From assembly GCA_012295275.1 (NCBI GenBank), contig CM022670.1, forward strand, positions 23,746,001 to 23,810,000: 64,000 nt of DNA, written 5' to 3'. Position 1 is the first letter of the stretch. Each line of letters begins with the position of its first letter. Below are positions 28,901-40,345 of this stretch, piece by piece. This DNA is from Chrysomallon squamiferum. Its lineage: Eukaryota; Animalia; Mollusca. A model generated the notes under the pieces. The model searched no databases. It had not been told where the DNA came from and saw nothing but the letters and a program-made list of their open reading frames with translations. The position numbers and the translations under genes were made by a program.

Positions 28901-31636
28901 GTCCTTATTGATAGTGCTGGATAGACAGAAGCCAGTCCAGGTATATCAGTTTTAAATTGGTTTACGCGATTGATATGATTTTAGAATTCACTTCCAAATG
29001 ATGGGTTGTTTAATAAATCTTTCAAAGTTATTTGGAAAGTTAAAACTTTATTAATTAACTTGATTTGCTTTGAATTCTCTACATGTGGAGGGATTTTTAA
29101 ATTTTTTTCTATCTTTAATAATTATTAACTGACGTTATTTGAAATTTCACTTTTGTCTGCATAATTACCTTTTTTGTGGGTGAAAACTCTTTTGTAATTT
29201 AATGACTGCCAGATAAGTGGATATTACTATTAACAGTTATTAAATTTAAACCATTAATAAAAAAAATAAAAAATCTCAAATAATGAAGCCTTTTTTTTAT
29301 TCATTTTCTTTTTTTGTTAAAATATTATGTGTGGTTTATTAATTTTCATGTTTTTAAAAAAAAATAATAATAAAAATTCTTTTTTTTAAATATTGATTCT
29401 ATTTGATGAGTAGCAACTAATTTAGTTCTGATGGAATTTTGAAGTATTACAGAAATGTAATTTAGTGTGTGCAAATGCTGCTTTGCATTGGCCGAACTGA
29501 AAAAACACCTAAAAATAAACCAGTAATCTTTTTGGCACATCAGCGATAAAGAAATAATCCTTGCGTACAATGAAAAAGATTTATTTTGAAAAATGAAATC
29601 GTAGGGGTTTTATTAAAGGCTGTTTGCGTGTAATAATGAGTTGCCTTTGATTTCAGGATTACAGTTACATTTTGTCTGTTGACAGCCTCATTACAGTCGT
29701 CAGTTCCTGAATGCCAGCAGCTCGTACAAGTAAGTTGTTTTAACATACATTTATTCTGTGGGTGAGTGAGTGTATGTGTGTGTGCGTGCACGTGTGTGTG
29801 TGTGCATCTGTATTTATTCTGGTTATTTCCTATACATTTAGTAAAGAATTTTGTTTATTTACTTCTGTTCAGTACTCTGCTCTTCTGCTGTTTTATTTAG
29901 TTTTGTTATTTCATATAATTAGTTTCATGCAATGATGCTGTTATTTAATTTAATTCATTTGATAGTTTTGTTTACAGATTCTGTGTTGACTTTTTTTTTT
30001 TTTTTTTGTATAAAATTAATCTGTGGTTTTTCAACATTTAACCTCAAAAGAACTTGCATTTGTAATCTTGTCGTTTGTTTTTCCTGTCATTTGTATTATC
30101 AACAAAAACATTAAATAAATTGGAATTTATTTTATTATTTAAATTTTTAGAAAGAAACTGCAATTGGGTGGTTATTACTTCTTGAAATTAAATACTTGTT
30201 TATTTACTTCATGGAACATGGTAATTTGTAATTTGTAATATATTAAAATTGAATTTTCATCATCTATTTTTTTTTTAAATCTAAATTTTACATTTTTCTT
30301 AATTATTGTTTGTGTAAAACAAGTGCCAGCATACATACATACATGCAACAGAACCATACACTCACACATACACAAAACCATGAAATATGCACAAGGAGAT
30401 ATATAACACACGATCATATAAATACAATAAAAATACAATATATACATACATACAGGGTGAAGTGAAAGTAAAGGTCAATATTATTTATTTGCTTTTACTT
30501 AACAATATTGAAAGAACAAATTTGCAGTATTGTTTCATCAAAGTAAATCAGTTACAAGTAGTTTTAAAAAAATTATATAATTTATCACTAGAAAATATAC
30601 AGAAAGTTCTATAAATAATAAAAACAGAAATAAACCTGCAACCTGTACATACACTATCATGACATTATTCCAAACACCATTTCCATATGTCTTTATTATT
30701 TTATTTGTGTTACGCACTAGTTGCAAGTGCAGTTGTGGTTGTTCACAAGGCACCTGCATTTCACTTTATTTTTTTATATATATTCCTCCAAAAACATTCT
30801 GTGGCCAGGTCTCATTTTCTCAATACACTGTTACTGTGTTTGGCAATCAGTTTTTTGTTTGTTTGTTTTTACATTGTTTCTCATATTCTCTCAAATTTCA
30901 ATTTTACAAAAGGTAAAATGTCTTTTGGCCATGAGTTCATTTACACTGAACAAGATGATTATAACAAATAATTTGATACTGGCTTCACAGCTCTGACAGC
31001 TTCCTAGTGTTAAAAGTGTTCAGATAGCCTGTTTGTTTATTTATGGTAATCAGTTCATCATGGTGGTTTGTTGCCTTTGTATTCATAAAATATGGCAAAG
31101 AAGATTGACAAATTTGTGGATTCTAACATCATTATTGTCGGTGCGGATAGCTTTATTATCAGTTGCCAAAAATCAATTTCACACAGGCTGGCATAAACAG
31201 ACTTCACTGGAACCAACGTTGTGAAGACTGAAATATTTTGTGATCACCGAGTTTACACCAACCAGCTTCGTTTCAGCTTAGATTCCAATGCAGAGCAAGA
31301 AATTTTATTGAATAGATCAATTTTTGCTGATTTCGTCGTAACTACTGAAGCATTCATTTTTTTATTTTTACATCATTTTTATATTTTTTACTGTTTTTCC
31401 AAGCTTTTGAAGTTTAAAGTAAAAATGTTGGTGTAATTTGAAACGTGATGGTTAATGATCCAGACGTTAATTGAAGAATTAATGCAAGATTTAATTTAAT
31501 GTTACATCTGACTGACTTCAGAAACGTAAATTTGTGTGCATGTAAGTCTGTGTTGTGTGTGTGTTACGTATGTTTTGTGGTGTGTCATGTTTTTGTGTTT
31601 TTATTTTTGAGAACACACACAGTGTGTGATGACATG

Positions 31637-31832
31637 AATCATCACAGATGTCTGTTAACAGTTGTTAGTCCGAAGACAGATATTTAACATTTTGCACTTG
31701 TTGCCACCCACAGTGAATTTTGGGCAGTTATGCAATCATGACAGACATCTGTTGACAGTTGTTTGTCCCCAAAGACAGATATTTAACATTTTGAACTGGT
31801 TACCACACACAGTGAATATGGGGTAATGATGC
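31637..31832. repeat. diverged tandem duplication, unit about 97 bp
   Basis: aatcat.acaga..tctgtt.acagttgtt.gtcc..aagacagatatttaacattttg...cacagtgaat begins at 31637 and again at 31734. Confidence 0.93.
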
Positions 31833-32421
31833 ACTTTTTCTTTCTTCATATTAAATTTTAAAGAAACAGTTTCCAAATTCCTGCAATATTTGATATTTAA
31901 AATAAAACATAAATATGTTTTATTTTGATGATTGTGTTATTTTTTTTTTTTTTTTTTTGAACTATGTAATTATATCAGCTCATTTTAAGAAAACTGTTTA
32001 ATTATTTTTGTTGCAGTTTGACAGTATCATAATGGACAATGAGTTTTCACTCATTTGTTTTTAAACCATAGAGTCCTGCTTTAAATATAGAAAATGGAAA
32101 ATGATAAGATGAAATTTTCTCTATATAGGCTACATAGAATAGAATTTTATGAAAATATTTAAATCATATTTGTATTTATATTTTAACTTTATTCAAAATT
32201 CTTACTGACAACTGTGTTTATTTGTTTACATTTCTTTTAACAGCTGAATGCAAACTGAAGGTTAGAGTGTTAAATTAAAAACTGGCAAAGCATTGGGCAA
32301 AGTCTGTTCTCTATAATCAGACTCAAAAACATGGGATTTTTTTGTTAATTATTGCAGCCCATGTTTTGATTTTGATGTTAATGATAAATGATTATTTCCT
32401 GTGATAATATCAGTTCTCCGT

Positions 32422-32549
32422 CATGCACATTTGTCAAACATATCCATTCTTGTCACAGAAATTCATAACATTATACACAGTAGACTCTAAGCTGTATTTT
32501 TTACTCTGACTTAATTCATTAACTAAGGTATTCTCTGTCTGTGATAAAT
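32422..32549 (+). repeat. 128-bp direct repeat, copy 1
   Basis: catgcacatttgtcaaaca...tctgtgataaat; same as 33319-33446 except aactaaGgta vs aactaaCgta. Confidence 0.97.
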
Positions 32550-33318
32550 CTCTAAGTCAGCAGCTGGTCTCTGGTGAGTAGCGGTTGGTAACCAAGCAGT
32601 CCTCCTTCTTTATTCCAATTCCGAGAGTGGAAGTCTGCCACCAGAGTCATACATCATAACACCCACAGCTCTGACACGCCGTTATTTATTACTTAATCCG
32701 GTCTTTTGAGAAACTGTAAAACCAGCGAAGCTTGCTCGTTCAAATTTCATGGCTTTCTAGACACTGATGGCCCAATAGGATGACCGAGGGTCTCGATAAA
32801 CATTTGGATTTTAGCCTCTAGATTTTAGTTTTGTCACTTTGGAAACCACTTCAACAAGCAAGTTCAATTTTTCATCCAAGACAGGTCCATAGTGCGACTA
32901 GGAATCGGTTCTCTAGATAACAGTTCTGGCACCTGAGATCTTGTTGCCTGTAACCTTTCACAGCAACTTTACACTGATTGTTGTTGTTGTTGTTCAGTGG
33001 ATGAACAAAAACATGTATTATTCTTGATTTCTCTGCCTTTGTAATGCTATGGTGTACCTGGTCTTAAAATAGATGAACAAAGTGTGTAACATCTGCAAAG
33101 CTGATTTCTGCTGCTTTCGTTTGAGCAGATATAAATTTACTGTCTAAACGACAGTTCTGATATATAAATGATAAATGCATTATGTCATAAACTGTTTGCT
33201 GCAAATCCTGTTAATATATCAGTTTGCTCATTAAGATAAAAAAAAAATAAATTTATTCTGTGAAGTGAGATCAGAGTTCACATTAAGATAAATTTCTGAA
33301 ACTACACATGTAAGTTTA

Positions 33319-33446
33319 CATGCACATTTGTCAAACATATCCATTCTTGTCACAGAAATTCATAACATTATACACAGTAGACTCTAAGCTGTATTTTTTA
33401 CTCTGACTTAATTCATTAACTAACGTATTCTCTGTCTGTGATAAAT
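33319..33446 (+). repeat. 128-bp direct repeat, copy 2
   Basis: One mismatch to 32422-32549, offset 897 bp. Confidence 0.97.
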
Positions 33447-35898
33447 TCAATATTGAATAGAGATGCCTTAGTTAAAATGACATGTTTAAAGTTCAGTATG
33501 TATTTAAAATTTTGCTTGACATCTTTCCAAACACAAAATTAAGTGTTGCTGCTCATTTCTCACATTTTATTTTATTTTATTTTATTTTATTTAAGTTTTT
33601 GTTCTTTATTTAGTAAAAAGAGCCATAAAAAAACAAAAACTGTTAGTTTATTCAGAAGCAGTCATAAAAAGTTATACACTAATAATTCTGTTGGATCATT
33701 TTGTTTTCTCTTTCACCGAAGTTTTGAATTTATTTTTCTTTCCTTGGTGTTTTCTATTTGTCTTTTTTCTTTCTTTCTTTCTTCCTGAAATTTTGTTTTG
33801 TTAATTTTCATCCAACCTTTCTCAGTAATCTTATTTGCCATTTTTTTTCATTCAGTTTTCTGCTTTTAATCTGGATGTAATGCACTAATCATCCAAAAAC
33901 AACAACTAATTTGAGACGGGCTCCATGTTTATTGTTAAGATGAAATAGATGCCTGAGAAAATTAACAGCACAATCTGATAAATGTTTCATGAGAAAAGAC
34001 TAATTAATTCTGTTTCAAGCAGCAATGGACTTGAAAATGTCCCTGTGGACATGTTTTTTTTTCTTGTACCCTGGGAAGAATAAATAAATAATAAAAAAAT
34101 ATTTTTCATTTTGAATGACATTTTCATCATGGCCTTTGTTTTCTATATTTGTCATATTCTGGATTGATTTAGAAAATAACTAAAATAATTTTTTTTCATT
34201 GTTGCAAGTATGCGTTTAGTGGAAAAGTCGCAGCTCATTTCTGTCTGTAGACAGTCTGGCATAAAATTGAAGCACTTCACTGCTGGTACAAAATGTCTCT
34301 GTGTGTGCCATGTTGTCTCATTCTGTGAAACTGTGACAAGTACATAAAAGCCTTTTGGCTCCTTTAAACTGATCAATGGCCTCTACCGCTCTGTGGATCA
34401 GACCCATATGGCAAATTGCACGGAGAATTTCAAAGAAATGTGGACGGTCACAGTGTGATGGCGGCCATCCCTTAGTGTAATGGAATTTTGTTGATTGTCA
34501 GCATTGTTTTCCTTGCTCAGAGTTATCCCGGGAAAGGCAGAATGCTGATAACATAAATAAGTCTTTTATTCTCAATCAATCTCAGCGGCAGACCAGGGAC
34601 AGTTGGAAATGCAATTCTGAGGCCAAATTACAGCTGAGTTTTTCAGCGAGACTTCACGCCAGCTTCATTTTGTGCCAATAGGATGAAGTGTTTTAATAAT
34701 GCAGTATGAAGAGTGACTGATTTGTATTGCCAGATTTGCCGGGCCTAAGCTTTATGGTAACCAGTCAATAACAGATGTCATCAAGGGACATGCTCGTGTG
34801 GCGAAAGGACTATATCTTCCATGTTCAGCGGCTGATGGCAGGATTAGCTGTTTCTCTCCATTTTACATCTTGTTTAAAGCAGACTGTAAACCCTTTTCAC
34901 ATGTTCTCCATATATGTCATAGACAGAAGAAAAAAACCCACACAACTAACAGCAAATAAAACTGAAGAAAATCATTTATAGACCTTTTTTATTTTTTTTT
35001 TTTTTTTTAACAAGAAAAAAAGAAGGAGAATGAAGCTTTGAAAGTTCATTTTGTATTTCATTATTTAAATAATATCAGTAAATTTCTAAAATAAAAGAAT
35101 TATTTAAATCAGACATGGTTACAAATATTCAGATAGTCACAAATATTCAGATAGTCACATATGCTGTTTTGTATTCACTTAAAATTTGTTTTCTTAAATA
35201 TTCGTTTGTAATTTTTTTTAACCTTTTAGTATAATTATATTTGTTTTTTTACACAACCATATAATATTAATAATAAATTAATTTATACTGTTCAAAGTTT
35301 GTTGTGACATTTTTGTTTGTATTTGGGTTTTTTTTCTTTTTGTTTTGGTTTCTTAGTGTGTGTGTTGTTTTAATTTATCTATTATCATTATTTAAAAAAA
35401 AGAAATGTTTTTATATGAGAGTCATATTTCCAACCTCATTTGTCACTGTTTTAATTTTTTTTATACAATTTCTGCTTTAAGAACCGAAACAGTTTACCTA
35501 GAATTTCAACATTACAGAATATTGTTTGGAATCATAAATGCCAAAAATTTTTAAAAGCATTTCTCAGATGCTTGTTCATGCAGACACACTCGAGCATTTG
35601 ATGTGTGCAGCCATCTTGTTACATTTTTCTAACATGTTCTTTATTGATCACAAAGCCTCTGTGATCTGTAATCACTCCATGGTTTGCAGAATTTCCCAGT
35701 TTTCCAAATGTTCAACTTATTCAGTCATAAATGAATTACTATTGATAGCCGTATTTCATCCTGATTTAGAGATTTTCTCAGAAATATAGCTCTCAACATA
35801 CAGCAGCCATGACATTTATAGTGTTACAGTTGTGAAATATATACATCTATTTATTTCTTTATTTCAGTGATGTTGTGAAATAGTTCAAGATTGTGTGT

Positions 35899-36001
35899 GT
35901 CTCTCTCTCTCTCTCTCTCTTTCTCCCTCTCCCTCTCTCTCTCTCTCCCTCTCCTCTCTCTCCCTCCCTCTCTCTCTCCCTTTCCCCTCCTTCTCCCCTC
36001 C
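35899..36001. repeat. (CT)n / polypyrimidine tract
   Basis: About 100 bp of pure pyrimidines on the + strand. Confidence 0.95.
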
Positions 36002-36600
36002 TAGATCTTTATCATTTTTGTTCCTTTTCTACCAGGACTTGAGGATATATTTATCAAAGAAAATGCTTTATACTGAGTGCTTTTCTATGTTTGAGAAGAA
36101 ATAATTTTACTGTTACTGTCAGTGAAAAACCAGGCAGAGTTTTACTCCTTTCAGTTATCAAAACAAACAACATAATTATGTTTGATTCCTAATAATCACT
36201 ATTATAGAACATGTACTTTTTGTTTATTTTTCTTTTAAATGTTCTTGCTCTCAGTTCTTCTTTAACAGTCAATGAGAAAAAACTTCATACATCTCAAGTC
36301 TTTAGTTATTCTATTTAATTTTTGTATCTTAAGAAATAAAATTTATTTAATTTATTTTTATGTTAAATCCAACATTAATTTATATATAATTTTATCTGTG
36401 ATTCTGCAGTAATAAATGGCATTCAGGTTTAACCTGAATTGTACTAAATTAAATTATTTGAATTATGTATGTGCTAGTTAAACAATAAAAAACAACCCTT
36501 TAATTATATGCAATTAACTTCATTCATGATATATTATTCAAAACAATAGGAATAATCATTTTAAAAAATGTGAATGTTTTTATGTGTCTTTTATTTATTT

Positions 36601-36637
<37 letters not shown>

Positions 36638-36671
36638 TTTTTTTTAATAATAGATAATACATATGCATTTA

Positions 36672-36672
<1 letters not shown>

Positions 36673-36723
<51 letters not shown>
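36673..36723. repeat. (TG)n microsatellite
   Basis: Pure TG run. Confidence 0.98.
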
Positions 36724-36728
<5 letters not shown>

Positions 36729-39700
36729 GTTAGAGTAGACAGATACAAATTTCCTTTTTAGGCCTTTATATAAAATATGGCGTCTATAAATTATGGTTTT
36801 ATTGCAGTATATACTCTACTTTTATCTGCATTTAAATAGTGCTTTTACGAAAATTATCTTTTTTTTTTTATACTGATTTGAAATAAGTAATATTTAGAAA
36901 TAATGCTTTTACATTTCATTTGATTTAGATATCTGGTAATAAAAAAACACCTTACTGAGTTGGGTTTTTACAGTGTTTAAGTTACAACCGTTTGATATAC
37001 AAGCTCATCTCATACAGATATTTGTCCTTGATTTACTGAAATACTTTGTGCATTTATGACGATGAATGTATTGAAGTTCATCTGATATGACCGTGGTTCA
37101 TTGAAATTACTTACTCCTTTGTCTGTTTACACTACTGAAGTTACAGCAGTTTGATATTTAACTTCATCTTGGCAGTCTTTTTATCACAGCACTGGAACCT
37201 AAGCGAACTATAAATTCTATCCACTCTGACAGTTAACTTGTTAATGATGGAGGCAGTAAGATTTCATGAGAGTCAAAGGATTATTAGTAAAGATTTTCTT
37301 TCTGCAGGAAGTTGGCATCCATCTTGCTGCAGAAGCTGACATCATCATCCCCGTGAAACAAATGGGACAGAGCTAATTTGATTTCTTTTTAGGGTTTCCA
37401 GTGTGAAGGAAAAGAGGAGCTTTCTCAAACAGCTCTTATTGTACTAAATTACTTAAATATGTTGATGTATCCAGCAAAAATGTCACGTTGAAAGAGGCTT
37501 ATCGTAAGTTATGTTATCATAATCAGTGACAGAAGTGGAAACAGAATGCTATTTTTAGTGGCTGCAATAAAACAAATAATTGGATGTGGTCACTGATGAA
37601 TTATTACCTGTGTACTTGTAAAAGATTGCAGAAGAGTTTGGCTAATTTATCATGTTGTTATTATTATTAAGATTGAAGTGAAGTGCACTACAAGAAGTGA
37701 TCAGTCTGATTACTTCTTTATTAACAAGACTTTCACTTCAGTAATGTTGGCCATTGTTCACAGCAATAAGCTGCTGATGATGTATTAGTTTCTAAACTTT
37801 TGAACGTTTCCTGAATTACTGTATCTGATTAAAACAGCTATCATGGAAATACTTCTAAATTAATAGTAAATATTACATAACACAGAGTTCTTTTGTTTTA
37901 CTAATTATATCTCTGATTGTAAATGTTTTTTTCTATTGAAAATAATTTTAACTAATAAATAGGTGTTGTGTACAAGATAAAACTACTGAATTTTTATATC
38001 AGTGCTGAATTTGATTTTATAAGCCATTTGCTTTGCTGTTAATGGAGTAACATTATTAATTTATGTTAAATAATTTTTTTTATATATATATTTATTTATT
38101 TCAGTTAATTATTACTGTTAATACTGGCAATATTTACAGTTTGATTTTTGTCAAGTTAATGAAAATTTTAATTAGCAAAAAAAAATTTGGTTTACAAATA
38201 CATTTTAGGGAATAAAGCTATTATAGAAAAAAAGGTTATCTTTTCAAGTAATGTACAAAGTAATCATTTTAAATATCTATAAATGTAGTTAAAATTAATA
38301 TAACTAAATAATTTGTTTATGTTCATATTTTTTTTTCTGAACAAAAACTGAATTAAAAAAAGCAGAGTTAATTATTGAAAACAAAAATGCTTAAAGTAAT
38401 GATGTTGTTGTTACACTAATGTAAATAATAAAGTAAAATGTGCAGCAACTGCTGATGCTATATTATTTAACTGCACTTTAATTAAATATAAATGTTTAAT
38501 GCAACTCGAGTTGTGTTCCAGGTTGTTCTGATACATATTTTCAAATACAACAAGCAGCTTTATAGTTAATTGTAAACCTGCAAAGTACAGTTAATCGAGT
38601 ACAGATTTTTCTTCAAAGTATTATTTTTTTGTAATGTTGTAAAACTATAATTTAGCAATGAATTTAATTAAACTGTTTTATCCCTTTTGTGCTTGTTTGA
38701 ACTTCTTGTGGCTAAAAACAGCCAACTGCTAAATCACTCGTATAGGAAATAATTGTAAATCTTTGGTGATATCCACAGTCATGTTTGAAAAATATTGCTG
38801 TTTAAAAAGATTGTTTATGCTCTGTTAAGTAATTAAAAATATGCATCTACAAACCAGCAATCTTTAGTTCAAATCAACAGGTTAAATCTGCTGAACTGAG
38901 ATTTATAGCTAATTTTAATCACTTTGATAGTCTGTTTTAGCAATTCTCTTTGTCCTTGCTGCAAATTTTCTCTCTAATACAGGTGTGTATATTAAAATGT
39001 TATCTTATTGATAAATTATAGACCCCAAGTTAGAATTTAGCTTGCCAGCAAGTATGGAATGAATCCCCCAGAGAAGGCCTCGAGCAATATTTCAACATTT
39101 TCTTTCCAGTAATGAATCTCTGTATTCATTTGAGACAAGCACCAGTCTTCGTCAAGTTTGAGGCAGGGAAATCATATCTTGTGGCTGAAATATATTCAGA
39201 GTAATCAAACACTGATCAATAACTGATTCTCTGAGGTTGTAATTTTCTCCAATTAAAGAAATTCCAGATGAGGTGCTGAAGGTACAGGAAGTTAACAATC
39301 GCACCAGGTCCTTCTGGGGCTTCTGTCATGGAAAAGAAACCAGGTGGTGCTATAATGATACATGGTATTTGATTATTGGTTAAAGTTCATTAGTGATGTA
39401 AATGGAAGGCCAAATTTTCTCGATACATTGTAAATTCATGCTGTTGATTTGAAGCTGATTGAGGGGCTCATTGTTATTACTGTCAAACACATCTGTCAAT
39501 TTGTGATCACTGCCCAGTTCGTTTAATGAATAATTGCTAAGTGTGAAAGCCAGAGGCAATTAGACCATATATCTTTCCTCGATGTGATGTCTTTTATAAT
39601 AAATTATGTATGTTGTGAACTAGTCAGAAATGTGAATTCAGTATTATATACTTAGAATGTAATATTAATGATATATTCAAATTACATCAATTTGCAAATA

Positions 39701-39819
39701 GATTTTTGGATGTAAAAAAATTAAATAAAATGAGCATGAAATAGGTCAAAGAAATGCAACCACTGACAATGCACATCAGTTTAATATCTACAGGAATACC
39801 ATTCAGAACTTACAGCAAT

Positions 39820-40345
39820 AATATCAACAAAACAACCAGGTAGGGATCATCCTTGTAACAGTTGATAACCTGTGACAAACCTCATCAAGACCCATGGATC
39901 TGAACCATTTGTCTTGAACACAGGTTCCAGCAAGCATCCCTTACATCCCATGACATCCATGGCAACAGAGGTGTATCAGCAAGGTCAGTCTCACGAATTC
40001 TAGACTTACATGGCATCTGTAAAAGACAACAGCCAGAATATCAACAGTGACACTAGAACACTGAATTGTCAACATCTTTGATGGAAAGCTCATGACTAGA
40101 GATATTTTCTTCAGAGATGAATTCTGTTTTTTCTCGTTAGATCTGACTGCAGGACCTGTAGACATCAAGATGAATGTTACATTATGCCATGTGTTCTTGA
40201 AAGGGTTAATTTTGGAGATGGTGTTTTATGATGCGGTATACAGTGTCTTCCACATCTTCCAGCAACATTGCAGGAACTCCAGTTTCCATAGGTCCCTTAC
40301 AGCATTTCCAAGAATTTTCTCCAAAGTTTAATGGCCACAGTGAGA
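39820..40345 (+). mobile_element. decayed Tc1 transposase remnant
   Basis: PHQDPWI*TICLEHRFQQASLT..GVSARSVSRILDLHGICKRQ, then IFFRDEFCF (cf. VLFSDESRF), RSDCRT..DECYIMPCVLERVNFGDG (cf. SDGR..ERY..CVxERDRFGGG). Confidence 0.85.

Noticed and set aside
32422-33446. Canonical LTR/TRIM element
   Set aside because: No TG..CA termini, no target-site duplication, no polypurine tract, primer-site-like motif misplaced.
36421-36439. ATTCAGGTT-T-AACCTGAAT palindrome
   Set aside because: Isolated in AT-rich low-complexity context, with no motif I can assign.
37308-37376. Acceptor followed by EVGIHLAAEADIIIPVKQMGQS*
   Set aside because: No good donor and no recognisable homology; similar isolated acceptors at 6894, 41618 and 58977 are also unsupported.
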